Below, piece after piece: positions 38,080 through 51,844 of a stretch of DNA of 64,000 bases. The translations under genes and the position numbers were made by a program. The notes beneath the pieces are model-generated. The model did no database searches, was not told where the DNA came from, and saw nothing but the letters and a program-made list of their open reading frames with translations. The stretch is from Eledone cirrhosa (taxonomy: Eukaryota), in assembly GCA_964016885.1 (NCBI GenBank), contig OZ024743.1:225804001-225868000 (forward strand). The letters are read 5' to 3'. Each line of letters starts with the position of its first letter. Position 1 is the first letter of the stretch.

Positions 38080-38166
38080 TGCCCTTCCATCTTTCTCACA
38101 CTGTCCTCTCCATTTCTACCTATCTACTTATCTATCTATCTGTCTGTCTGTCTATCTATCTATCTA

Positions 38167-40795
38167 TCAGAAGCAAATTACGTGCTGTGGGAAACGAGGG
38201 AGCCAAAGCTGTTAGCTGGGCCCGAGTGACAGAGGCAAAAAGTGGCAACAAGTCCACGATTCGGTCTTTGAAGGATCAAGACGGACGCGTGATACGTGAG
38301 CCGAAGCAGATGTGTGCGGCCTTTCAGCGGCACTTTGCTCAACTGTTCGAGCAGGGCGGCGCGCCGGGAGGGGCTATGGATTTCGGTCCATACCTCGACG
38401 GCCTACCGCGACTCTCGGACAGCGAGGCGAAGTTCTGCGAAAAGCCGATTTCGGCCGCTGAGATAGGGGACGCGCTGAGCCAATGCGGCAAACGCAAATC
38501 TCCAGGTCTCAACGGTCTACCCTACGAATTTTACGTAGCAATGCCGGACTTATTCTCGGGTTTCCTGGAAGCGGTCTACTGCAACTGGCAGTAGAACGAG
38601 AGAATTCCCAGTTCTGTGACCGGAGGCGGAGTCACACTAGTCAGGAAGGACGAGAATAAGGGGGATGACATAGGCAACTTCCGGCCCATAACTCTGCTAA
38701 ACACAGAGTTACAGATTTTGGCCAAGGTGTTGGCAAAGAAGCTGGCGCTTGTCGTCGAGAACCTGGTGGGAGAAGCGCAGATATGCGCAATCCCGACCAA
38801 GTCCATACACGACAACCTCCACCTCATACAATACATCATAGAGAGGGTAGGGTGTAAACCCGGCTTCGGTGGGTCCCTGATCAACTTGGATCAGTCTAAG
38901 GCTTTCGATAGGGCTGACCATCGTTACTTGGATGCGGTGCTCGAGGCCGCAGGCTTCGGACCCGTGTTCAGGGACTGGATTGCTGCAATGCACAACAGCA
39001 ACATCTGCTCAAGGGTCAAGGTGAACGGCTACCTCTCGGAGCCGTTCCATATCAGGCGATCCATTCGACAGGGATGCTCTCTCTCCTCCCTTCTGTACGT
39101 ACTGACTCTCGAACCACTACTGCGGAAGTTGGAGCTATTGCAGGGCATCCCTCTGGAACCGGGACTGCGGAAAGCGGCGTCGGCCTACGCCGACGGCATA
39201 GCAGTAATGTTGTCGAGCGCCTCGCAAATCGAGGAAGTCGGCACCTTACTGAAGGAATACGAAAGGTTCACAGAAGCGAAGCTGAACCGAACCGGGACAA
39301 GTCCATCGGTTTGCAACTCGGATCGTGGAGAGGCAAACCGATGCCTTCCGATGGCGTCGTCGGACACTGGACGGAAGGACCGGTAAAGCTGCTCGGGGTC
39401 TGGTTTGGTCTGGACCTCCAGGTGGAGAAGAACTGGAACGAGGTGACGGCCAAGGTGTTTGCACTCACCCAGAAGTGGGCCGAGTGCAAACTATCCTTGA
39501 AGATAGAGCGGAGGTGGCGAACACTTTTATAGCGTCCGCCATCTACTACCGCTTGACCGTCGTGCCTTGTCCAGCCAAAACGATCACCAAAATTGAGCGC
39601 GCGCTCTTCCAATTCCTTTGGAAGAGGCGGGCTCCTTTGGTGAGAAGATCCATCTGCTGCCAACACCCTTCCAACAGAGGGCTGGGGATGCCGTGGCTGA
39701 CGATGCGCAAATACGCGCTAAGGCTGCAGCATCTCTACGTATTCCTCGCCGGACAACCGGTGTGGGCCCCGTTCGTACGGCGAGCTTTCCCACGACTCGT
39801 CTCGCTGACTGAGCTGCAGTCCTGGGTCAAGCAAATACCGAAGAAAATGGGCGACTGGCACATCGAATGTGCTCAGGCGCTCACAGCCCTCTGGCAGGCG
39901 GACCCGACAATCAGTGGAGACTCCACTTCGTCATTCTATAGAGGGTTGGTCCGCAGCAAGTGCGATGACGCGCTCGGTGAAACTCTAGGCGTAGAGAAAG
40001 ACGAACTGTTTGGTAGGATCTTCCGCCCGGGACCAAAGGACAACTTCCAAAAGTCCCTGGCCTGGCAGTGCTACCGAGGAGCTCTACCAGTTCGAGACAA
40101 GCTCTACCGACATGGGCGCCCGGGCAGGGACGCTGCATAAAAGATCTGTCCGAGGTGCGTGCGAGACGAAGAAACCGTCGCGCACGCATTCATACACTGC
40201 CCGGGCATTACCGACCTGTGGGGCTATGTAGAACGACTATTGTCGCGGGTGTGACCAATCCGGTTGACCACCGAGTCCATTGTCATGATAAAACCACCAC
40301 CCTCCTTCAAAAACGAAGGAGAGGCGGTTTTCCTTTGTGTGATAGCTATGGCGAAAGAGGCTGTATGCTGGACAAGGTTGAAAGGGCTGAGGTCAGATAC
40401 CTTTCTCTCCGGCCAACAACTGATTCTTTTTTTCAAATATCATTTTGGAAGAAGAATCAGGATGGAGAGAGAGGTGCTGTACCCCACCACATTTTATAAA
40501 AGGTGGGTGAATGTGGCAAAGATGGCCCGAGTGGTTGGGGCTTCTCTCTATATAAGCCTGTAGGTTGAGGAAAAAGAGGAAGAGAGGAAGGGAGTACTCC
40601 TCTTGGTGCTCCTGGAGATGAGGGTTGTACATTTTCTCGGGGTCTGTACAACCCCCGTGTAACGCCTCCCCCCTATTGGGTATATCAATTGTTATTTGTT
40701 ATTTTATTAATAGTTTTATTTTCTTATACCTGTATGTAAACTCCCCATTTGTATTTGTCCCCCTCTTTTGTGCCCTTGTGGCTAATAAAGAAATT
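38167..40795 (+). mobile_element. Tx1-B copy B2, 5'-truncated, decayed RT
   Basis: ORFs 38187-38594, 38616-39386, 39325-40140 and 40264-40563. 3'UTR AATAAA. (TATC)n upstream, (TCTG)n downstream. Confidence 0.92.
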
Positions 40796-40840
40796 TAGCT
40801 ATCTGTCTGTTCTGTCTGTCTGCCTGCCTGCCTGTCTGAC

Positions 40841-43800
40841 TTTCCCTACAAACATGGGAAAAAGAACACATTACCAATATACCACCCAACATTAACATCA
40901 GGGTTCTTGGAGGGGGATGAAGACACAATACTGTCAATTCAAAAATCAACAAGAAACACTTGGAACGGCACAAGCTTGGAAATTTTGGTCCAAATGAAAC
41001 CGGACAGAATTTTCAAGATACCAGAAAGGGTGCCAGTAGACAATACAAACTATATACAGTTTTCGGCAGAATGTGTGGGGCCACATTGTTTTAAATTCAC
41101 AAGCACATCGCATTTAAAGGTCTCCTGTCCCCTCTTACGAACAAACACCACCACCACCCCCAAAAAGTACTTTCACCAACACCAACTCCAACACACAAAA
41201 AAAGCAAACACACAAAATCAAACAACTGTTCAACCACAAACAACAGAAAAAGCACAAACAATTCCCATGAAAAATACAGTCCCACCCCATCCCACTCCAT
41301 CCAACACTACCACAATCACACACACAAACACACCATCACCACACAACATACCCCTCCCACACGCCCCTGATGACGATTCATCACCAGACGAGGCTACTTC
41401 TCCATCCCCAAGTGAAGATGAAGGAGAGCCTCGTAAATTAAAAAAACAAAAAAATAGACACCACAAAGCCACAAAAACAACAATCACCAACACGAACACT
41501 CAACACCAACACAAACAACAACACAAACACCACCACAATCATCCCCCGCCCCCTACCAGCAAAATACCCCACCACCAACACAAATGCCCGCCATAAAAAG
41601 AAAACTACAAAATGAACAACAAACCAAAACAACACAACAAAAAACAAACAACAATACACACACATTAACACAAACAACAAAAACTTAATTGAGGTCATCT
41701 CCCAAGACCCCAAAGAAACTGAGGGGAAAAGTTTCGTAAAAGCAGACTCTCAACCACACCTAAAACTAATAAGGGTTTCGATAGAAACCTATCAGAAATT
41801 GAAAGAACAGTTTTCACAGGACATTGGCAACCTCTGCCAAAAACCAATAAACCGTGTCCTGTTGAAATGTTTCCCCCACCCCACTCAACACCCCCACCAG
41901 AACTGAAATGGAGATTGAACAACCCGATCTCCAGGAAACGAAAATGTAAGTGCGCCTTTTCGTCCTTTTCGTCAACTCTTCTCCAGCAATATGGCTGACT
42001 TACGAGTTGGAAGCGTGAATGTGCGTGGCCTAGGGATGCCCTGGAAACAGGGCCAACTTTTAAACGACCTTAGGTCACACGGTATAGATGTAATAGCCAT
42101 CACCGGATCCAGGATCCACAACAGGCATCAACTAACCCCCATCTTCAATGACTTTGAGATCTACGCATCTCTCTGTCAGCCGGGAGGTGGAGGGGGAGTG
42201 ACTATCAAGTTTCGGAAAACCTGGATCTCGAAGTACAGCAAGTACACTTGGACCCGGAGGGTAGACTAGGGTGAACAGTATTGGAGGTGGAGCCTTCAGA
42301 CTGGTGTCCGTTTATGCCCTGACCGGGCAATCACAATCGCGGCCAGACTTCTTTAAGCGTCTAGAGTCTTTTCTGGGAGCGTCTCGCTCCTTGCTTTTAG
42401 TGGGGGACTGGAATGGTATCCTAGATGCACGATGGGACTATGTGGGAGCATGTCCCAGTAGAACGGGGTGCAACAGCCTCAAAAATCTAATCGGCCAATT
42501 CCAACTGGCCGATAGATATCGACTAGATTTCCCGACTGCACCACAGTGGACGTGGAAAAACCACAGCGGGACATCTAGATCGTATCTAGATAGTTTCCTC
42601 ATTAGAGAGAAGGACAAAAAGATGTTAAGCTGTCCACAAATGCACATGGTTGCCTATTCAGATCACAAAATAAACGTCTGCATAATCAACCGTGATAGAA
42701 TACACAGACAAGGACCCGGATACTGGAAACTGAACGTGCCGTTGCCGGCACGAAAAGCCTACAGTGAACGGATAAGTAGATTAGTTAAGCAAGAGTTGAC
42801 GGGAGCCATCATCAACAATAGATGGTGGTACTCTCTCAAGAGAGCAATTAGAGTAGAATCGATAGTGTTTAGCAGAGAATTAGCTTTAGAGAAAAACAAA
42901 TCAGAAACAGAACTAGTAGCCAAGGTAGAAGAGGCGCTTAGTAATGGCAACGCAGCTAGAGTGCTAGCATCTAGAACGGCACTGGACCGGTTCTCCGACG
43001 CGAAACACGAAGGCTGCGTAGTCAGAAGTAAATCACGTGCTCTAGGAAACGAGGGAGCAAAAGCTGTTAGCTGGGCCCGAGTGGCGGAGGCAAAAAGTGG
43101 CAACAAGTCCACGATTCGGTCTTTGAACGGACGCGTGCTACTTGACCCCAGGCAGATGTGCGCGGCCATTCATCGGCACTTTGCGCGACTGTTTGAGCAG
43201 AAGAAGGGTGCACCAAACGGGGCAATGGACTTTGGTTCATACCGCGATGGCTTGCCGCGTCTCTCGAGCATGGACGCCGAGTTCTGCGAAAGACCGATCA
43301 CAGCCACTGAGATACGGGACGCTCTGGGCCGCTGCGGGCAACGCAAATCACCCGGTCTAGATGGTCTACCTTATGAGTTTTACATACGCATGCCGGACTT
43401 GTTCTCTGTCGTCCTTGAAGCCGTCTACTGCAATTGGGAGCAGAACGGGACAATTCCCAGTTCTGCAGGCAAGGACGTAGTAACGCTTATCAGGAAAGAC
43501 GAGAACAAGGGGGACGAAATAAACAATTTCAGGCCCATAACTCTGCTCAACACAGAGTTAAAGATTTTGGCCAAGGTGTTAGCAACGAGGCTGGTGCTTG
43601 TCGTCGAAAACCTGGTAGGGAAAGCGCAAACGTGTGCAATCCCGACCAGGTCCATACACGACAACCTACACCCCATGCGATACATCATAGAGAGGGTGGG
43701 GCGTAAACCCGGCTTCAATGGGGCTCTTATCAATTTAGATCAGTCTAAGGAATTCGATAGGGTCGACCATCGATACTTGGAAGCGGTTCTCAAGGCGGCC

Positions 43801-45590
43801 GGTTTCTGTCCCGTTTTCAGAGGCTGGGTCAAGGCGATGCACACCAGCATCTGCTCGAGGGTCAAGGTGAACGGCTACCTATCGGAGCCGTTCGCAATCA
43901 TGCGTTCCATTCGACAGGGATGCTCTATCTCCTCCATTCTGTACGTATTGACTCTAGAGCCACTACTGCGGAAGCTGGAGCTTTTGCAGGGCATCTCTTT
44001 AGAACCGGGACTGCGAAAAGCGGCGTCGGCTTATTCCGACGACGTGACGGTAATGGTGTCGAAAACCTCGAAAATCAAGGTAATCGGTAACCTACTACAG
44101 GAATACGAAAGGTTCACAGGAGCAAAACTGAACCCGGGCAAGTCTGTCGGTTTGAAACTCGGTACGTGGAGAGGCAAACCGATGACGTCCGACAGCGTCG
44201 TCGGACGCTGGACGGAATGACCGTTGAAATTGCTCGGGGTCTGGTTCGGTCCAGACCTCCTGGAGGAGAAAAACTGGAACGAGGCATGACCAAGGTATTT
44301 GCGCTCACCCAGAAGTGGGCAGAGTGCAAACTGTCTTTGAAAGGTCGAGCGGAGGTGGCGAACACTTTCATAGCGTCCGTCATCTACTACCACTTGACTG
44401 TCGTGCCTTGTCCCCGTGAATACCTCACCAAGATGGAACGCATGCTCTTCCAGTTCCTGTGGAAGAAGCAGGCTCCACTGGTGAGGAGATCCGTCTGCTG
44501 TCAACACCCTTCCAACGGAGGGCTGGGCATGACGTGGCTAATGATGCGCAAACATGCGCTGAGGCTACGGCATCTCCAGGTATTCCTCACCGACCAACCA
44601 GTGTGGGCACCGTTTGTGAGACAGGCCTTCCCATAACTTGTCTCGCTGACTGATCTGGAATCCTGGGTGAAGCGAAGAACGAAGAAGATGGGCGCCTGGC
44701 ACATTGAATGCGACCAGGCGCTCATAGTCCTCTGTCAAGCGGGCACAACAATCAGTAGAGACTTCCACTTCGACATTCTATAGAGGGTTAGTACTTTACA
44801 AGTGCGACGACGTGCTAGGGGAGACTCTAGGCGTCGAAGACGACGAGATCACCAGTCTGTTCGGTAGGATTCTCCGCCCAGGACCTATGGACAACTTCCA
44901 GAGGTCCCTGGCCTGGCAGTGCTACCGAGGAGCCCTACCTGTTCGAGATAAGATCTACAGGCACGGACGCCCCGGCAGGGATCCTTCCAAGAGAACGTGT
45001 CCAAGATGCGTACAGGACATTGAAACCGTCTTGCACGCACTTGTACACTGCCCGGGCGTAAGCGACCTGTGGAACAATGCAGAACAACTGCTGTCGCGTA
45101 TGGGACAAATCCAGTTGACTGCCGAGTCCATAGTAAGGATCAAACCGCCAGCCTCTTTCAAAAACGAAAGAGAGGCGGTTTTCCTCTGTACAGTGGCTAT
45201 GGTGAAAGAGGTTATATGGTGGACGAGATTGAGAGGACTGAGGACATATGCCTTTCTCTTCGGACAACAATTGATTCCCTTCTTTAAGTACCAATTTAGA
45301 AGGAAAATCAGAGTGGAGAGAGAGGCACTGTACCCCAGTAAATTTACTGAAAGGTGGGTGAATGAAGCGAAAATGGCCCGAGTGATTGGGCCTTCTCTGT
45401 TTATAAGCATGTAGGTTAAAGAAGAGAGCAAAAGGAAGAAGGGAGCACTTGCACAACACGCTCCTGAAGTTTAGGGTTGTTTCTATCGACCGGGTATTAA
45501 ACAACCCATTTGTGGCGCCTCCCCCCTATTGGAGATTTCGATTGTTATAATTGTTTGTTTCAATATTTTTACACGACTGTATGTAAAATC
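40841..45590 (+). mobile_element. Tx1-B copy B3 (divergent subfamily), truncated in ORF1, 3' tip missing
   Basis: ORF1 piece with CFKFTSTSHLKVSC, then ORF2 from 41991. Head-to-tail with B2. Confidence 0.9.
41991..45414 (+). pseudogene. B3 ORF2 (APE-RT), disrupted
   Basis: MADLRVGSVNVRG, GDWN, SDH, PGLDG, QGCSIS, YSDD. Confidence 0.88.
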
Positions 45591-45757
45591 CTCGGCATGT
45601 GTCTTATACAATATAATTATCTCATTTCGTCTTATCCGGGAAACCTCTGGTAATGAGGTAATTATATTGTATTGTTTATTATACATTAAATATTTAGCTC
45701 TGTAACTTACATAGAGCACTCTTCATTCCTCTGACCTTTTCAACGAAAACTTCAACA

Positions 45758-45796
<39 letters not shown>

Positions 45797-45798
<2 letters not shown>

Positions 45799-47290
45799 CA
45801 AACAACAAAATAGAAACAGATATATACTACAAACCCACAGACTCCAAAGAATACCTTCCATTCAACTCGTGCCACCCTAGACACACCAACATGGCAATTC
45901 CTTATAACCTAGCCAGAAGGATCTGCACAATAGTTTCAGATAAATACACATGCTACACACGACTAGAAGAATTAAAAAAACATACTTATCAGCAGAAACT
46001 ACCCACCATCCCTAATCAACAATGGATTCCAACGTGCCCTAAAACTCGACATCCAGGAACTCAGACACCCCAAACCCAGGAATGAACCGCAACAGAAAAC
46101 TCTACCATACATCTCCACACACAACCCCCTCAACTATGAGGCATTCGACACCATCCTCCAGAACATTCCTTTACTAAAAATAGACCCAAGAATGAACAAA
46201 ATCCTCCAAACACACAACATCATAAAGAGCAAACGACAACCTAAATCCATAAAACACATCGTCACACAAGCCAAAATCCAACAAACCCTCACAATGAACC
46301 CTACAGTAACAAAATGCGGAAGGCCCAACTGTGGCATATGCATAAATCTAATAGAAGGTTCAACATTCCATTTTAAGCAAGGACAACATTTCACAGTTTA
46401 CATGTGCATCTGAAAACTTAATCTATGTTTTGACCTGCTCAGGTTGTCAAGAGCACTACATAGGACAGACAAAAAACAGCCTCCGACAACGTATGACCGT
46501 CCATAAATCACAAATCAAAATACAGGAATACAGAAAGATTGCGTTTAGTGAACATATCGCCAATTGTGCACCCAACCAACATCCAAACTTGAAAATTTGC
46601 CCCATTTACAAATTCATAGACAACGTTACTTTCATCCATCGTACCAATAAGGAAAAGTATTTCATTAACAAATTCCAACCTCTACTTAATGCACTAAACT
46701 TCGGACTAAACTAAAACTGGAACAAACAATGAAACAAATCCAAATACCTATGTCTCTCTAAAGAGTTACCTCCCTCACACCCTACCTAATCCTTTTTCTT
46801 AAATAAATTAAATATCATCCAGCATGAATTACCTCCCCCTGCATACTAACTCTCTAAAAAGGGGAATCGTATCAAACCCCAGACTACCATTTGCCTCCAT
46901 CATGGATCAACTAAGCACTCTTGCTATATTAACACATTTTGATCTGCTTATCTTCAAGAACTATGCCTGTAAATAACATTATTTTTTCTTTCACATTGCC
47001 TTATTATGTTCCACATTACGCCCCTTCTTTTTCTTTTTTCTTTTCACTTCATAAACCTTGTTTGTAAATAAAATTATTCTTTCTGCACCATTTCTTTAAC
47101 ATGTTCAACACCACCATTCTACACCAATACATATTATCATTTGATAATGCATAAAAATGATGAAACCGGGAATAGACAATTATTAAATATATAAATAAAT
47201 AAATAAATGCCATTGTTAATTAATAAATATATCAACTAATACCTTAACACTTCACACAAAGTAAAATATTTCGTTTTAATCATTTTCTAA
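45797..47290 (+). mobile_element. Penelope-like element (Neptune type), 3' fragment
   Basis: TDIYYKPTDSKEYLPFNSCHP, IPYNLARRICTI, KCGRPNCGIC, TCSGCQEHYIGQT..LRQRMTVH, KEKYFINKFQPLLN. (TA)n on both sides. Confidence 0.88.
47135..47180 (+). ncRNA. Degenerate U3-A8 hammerhead-like motif in PLE 3' region
   Basis: TTGATAA-tgcat(aaaa)atgat-GAAA-ccgg. Stems are imperfect. Confidence 0.35.
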
Positions 47291-47368
47291 CCCAGAAGAT
47301 AGAGAGAAAAAATAAAAAGGGGAAAAAAAATGTTTTTCTTCCTAATAATCGCCTTTTTCTCCCTGTTT

Positions 47369-47444
<76 letters not shown>

Positions 47445-47846
47445 ATGTATTTATCTATCTATCTATATCTATCTATCTATCTATCATTCTCTAGAAGTTG
47501 TATCATTCAACCAAAGCGAAAAGCCATAAGTAAGAGATAAATCCTAAATATTTTCCTGTAGAAGGTGTGATTTCAGTTTTATCATTTACATTCTTGGTTG
47601 ATGGCGCTAAGATGTAAAATAAAAGTGAGGTGGGTTCAGGTGGGATAAGGAAAGAAATGACAAATATATATTTCGAAAACAAATATGATTAAACTGATAA
47701 GTGAAGGGAAATTAATGAAACAAATTTACAACAAAATAATAGCAAGAAACCGTATCAAGTTTTCACTCTTTCTTACTCATCTGTAAAAAAATATTATCAC
47801 ACACATACGCACATACACACATACACGCTCACAAACACATATATGT

Positions 47847-47908
<62 letters not shown>

Positions 47909-48105
47909 GCGTGTGTGTGTGTGTGTGTGTGCGTGTGTGTGTATATATATATATACGTAGAGAGACAGAGACACAGAGAATGGAATATGTATAATTTTAT
48001 ATCATCATAGAAATACAGATGTATTTAGTTATATATATATATATTATATATATATAAAATAAAGTTAAATAAAAGTCAAATGATTAAAATTTAGCTTCGT
48101 TTATT

Positions 48106-48160
48106 ACTGCTATATATATTTCAGTGACAGCCATCTTTGGCTGTGACCTCTTCAGGCAGT
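48106..48160 (-). ncRNA. Type I hammerhead ribozyme
   Basis: Reverse complement of 48384-48438. Confidence 0.8.
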
Positions 48161-48383
48161 TTGAATTAGTATGGTATAGACAAGTACATATGTTGTTTAG
48201 GTGTATAATATTGTCAATACTCTGATATGCCCAGTTCCTTGTTGGGTTGTTAATTCACTGAGGAACTGGAGTCATCAGTTCCTCAGTGAATTAACAACCC
48301 AGCAAGGAACTGGGCATATCAGAGTATTGACAATATTATACACATAAACAACATATGTACTTGTCTATACCATACTAATTCAA

Positions 48384-48438
48384 ACTGCCTGAAGAGGTCA
48401 CAGCCAAAGATGGCTGTCACTGAAATATATATAGCAGT
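48384..48438 (+). ncRNA. Type I hammerhead ribozyme
   Basis: actgc-CTGAAGA-ggtcacagcc(aaagat)ggctgtcact-GAAA-tatata-TA-gcagt. Confidence 0.8.
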
Positions 48439-48580
48439 AATAAACGAAGCTAAATTTTAATCATTTGACTTTTATTTAACTTTATTTTACACTACTCCGG
48501 AGTAACCAAACCAACCTGCGCACTTCGTCGAGTGCTCCAGCCTGCATACTGAGGTGTTGGTATACAACCAACATAAACTC

Positions 48581-48662
<82 letters not shown>

Positions 48663-48664
48663 AT

Positions 48665-48835
48665 GTAACACACCAGAGAGAGGTATACAGTGCGTTATCA
48701 ATAAAACAGGGAAAAGACCCCCACCAGTGTATGGAATCTATAACCTATGAAAGGCAGACTAGATTCCATACACTGGTGGTTTTTTTTCCCTGTTTTATTG
48801 ATAACGCACTGTATATCTCTCTTTGGTGTGTTACC
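48665..48835. repeat. Imperfect palindrome (~75-bp arms)
   Basis: gtaacacacc..ggaatcta pairs with tagattcc..ggtgtgttac. Confidence 0.82.
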
Positions 48836-49039
48836 TTTTCAACATATTGTATTTTAAAGAGCTCAGGATTTCTTCTCCTTTGAGCACATTAATTACAGGG
48901 AATAGCGAGGGCCTATGCCCCCGTTAATTTATCGTGATATATATATATATATGGTGGCTGCCAACTCGTTTTCGAGTACGGCCACTACTTTATATCCATG
49001 TAGGAGAACCCCTACCGATGCGCTGAACGAGTGTGACTT

Positions 49040-49511
49040 TTTAGTCCAGCCAGCAACTTGAAAACTCTGGTACAAACACTACACTTGTGACAATTATTGA
49101 CACATAGTGCTGGGCCCATGGTACCATGTGACGACAAGTGCAGAGAGATCTCCAGATATAAAGCAATGCCTGTGCCGTGAAGCTTTTATAGTGAGCAAAG
49201 GCACTGCACAAAGCCAGTCCCACTCTCTTAACCAAGATGATATTTAACAAAAAAAAAGAACAAGTTAACATCATTGGATACCATCAGAGTTGCAGGTGTT
49301 ATATCAGAGTTTTCCTTCTCCTAGAATTCTGCCTTGACAAAAGCTAAAGGGTCATCTCTCCCAGTGATTTTGGATGGCCATTGACTCTTAAGAGCTCCTT
49401 TGCCCTTTGACAGGTTTTGTTTTTAGTCCTGCAGGATGTCCAAAGTCACCCTCCTCACCAAGAAACCTTGGTTGGGTTGCCAGTTTAGTCGCCAACGGCC
49501 CGACCATGAGA
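49040..49511 (-). mobile_element. Probable RTE LINE 5' fragment
   Basis: Minus strand CTAGGAGAAGGAAAACTCTG resembles RTE 5' regions as I recall them. RVGLAL is endonuclease-like. (TATG)n flank. Confidence 0.4.
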
Positions 49512-49610
49512 CATACATACATACATACATACATACATACATACATACATACATACATACATACACACATATATATATATACAAACATACATACATGCAT
49601 GCATACATAC

Positions 49611-49669
<59 letters not shown>

Positions 49670-50003
49670 AGCATAGGTGCATACATAATGCATACATACA
49701 AACATGCATGCATATAAATACAAACATACAAACATACATACATACATATATATGCATACATACATACCTGCCTTAGTACGAATCTGGGCTTCACGGCTAG
49801 TTAAAAAATTACAAGTACAATCCAGAAGAGTAAAAATATGAAAAACATTCCAAAGATTCTGCACCTAATAACTGCATGTACACTTGTACAGATACAAAAC
49901 ATACTCACATGTACACATATTACGCAAAACATCCACATCCACACATACAATAATATCCATAGTTGCACACACACGCATACGTGCACACATGCAGACATAC
50001 ATA

Positions 50004-50260
50004 CATCATCATCATCATCATCGTTTAACGTCCATCTTCCACACTTGCATGGGTTTGGACGAGAATTTTCCCGCTTGAGGTAAGATTGGTTGTCTTGCTC
50101 GTATAGGACTGTCTGGCGGGTTTTCTACAGCTGGATGCCCTTCCTAACACCAACCACGTTTACAGTGTGGACTGGGAGGTTTTTACCGTGTTACCTACAC
50201 GGCCACATTACAGCATGGACTGTGTGTTTTTTTTTGTTGTGACACCTACACGACCTCATT
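50004..50260 (-). mobile_element. SINE/RTE-type 3' end with (GAT)n tail
   Basis: (CAT)n-CGTTTAACGTCC and GCTGGATGCCCTTCCTAAC motifs. Confidence 0.55.
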
Positions 50261-50419
50261 TGTTTCGGATTGGATGTTGTGGTACCAACATAACTTTACA
50301 TTGAAAGGGGTGGTGTCGATGGGGTGGGAGTAGTGGGACAGAGGTGTATTTTTGTTAGAGGTGCCTAATATATATATATATATATGACATACGTAAACAC
50401 ACATGCTCTATGGTGCAAC

Positions 50420-50920
<501 letters not shown>

Positions 50921-51181
50921 CTTCTCCGTATAAGACAAAAGCTGAAAAATATCTTTTGACATGCTAAAATACCCCCCACTGCTTACAGACACATTCTTAC
51001 TGACCATCCCTGCTACCACGAATTACTCTGCTATATATACACACACACAGACACACACACTTATCTTAATAGCCATTTGACACACATCCCTGCTAACCAT
51101 TATCACAACATCGAACACCTTACTACTACTACACACACACACACACACACACATATTTGTTGTGAAAGAGTCATTTCTCAA

Positions 51182-51645
51182 TCTTGGCGCAAAACCAATT
51201 TTTTATTCACATGACCTCTACCGACCAATCAAAATTGTTTTGACCACAAGAATTTTTGCAAACACCAAGTAGCGCTGGAGCCACTTTTTTAACATAAAAA
51301 CAGTCTTGGCGCAAAATCAATTTTTTACATTCACATGACCTCTACCGACCAATCAAAATTGTTTTGACCACAAGAATTTTTGCAAACACCAAGTAGCGCT
51401 GGGGCCACTTTTTTAACATAAAAACAGGTAGAATTCCCAAAACTCATCAGATCAGAGCAAACAGCACGGACACTCTGTCTCAAAATTATTTTTGAAAAGC
51501 ATTTAGAAATGCGCAACCGGTAAAAACTTAAAAACTTAAAACCACAACTGAATACTAACCCATACAATTACTAATACTCTTTTATTCCTAATTAAACCAT
51601 TTTTCAACTGTGAACAATTTGTCAGCATTTTCTATTCCGTTTACC
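51182..51645 (+). mobile_element. Solo pLTR-like remnant with ~122-bp tandem duplication, related to the pLTR at 56.6-62.8 kb
   Basis: 51182-51303 is repeated at 51304-51427. Shared GAGCCACTTTTTT..AAAACA block and a downstream hammerhead. Confidence 0.55.
51488..51526 (+). ncRNA. U3-A8 hammerhead variant (GAAA mutated to GCAA)
   Basis: ttt-TTGAAAA-gcattt(ag)aaatgc-GCAA-ccgg-TA-aaa. Confidence 0.55.
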
Positions 51646-51697
51646 AATATATATATATATACACACATATATATATATATATGTATATATATATCTA

Positions 51698-51764
<67 letters not shown>

Positions 51765-51770
51765 AAATAA

Positions 51771-51801
<31 letters not shown>

Positions 51802-51844
51802 TATATACATATGTATATATATATATATTTCTATCTATCTATCT

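Larger units (their letters stand above)
48056..48488. repeat. ~430-bp palindrome with a hammerhead in each arm
   Basis: Centre ~48272, only a couple of arm mismatches. (TA)n on the left. Confidence 0.92.

Noticed and set aside
49420-49511. HDV-like ribozyme at the putative RTE 5' end
   Set aside because: I could not assemble the P1-P4 nested pseudoknot by eye.
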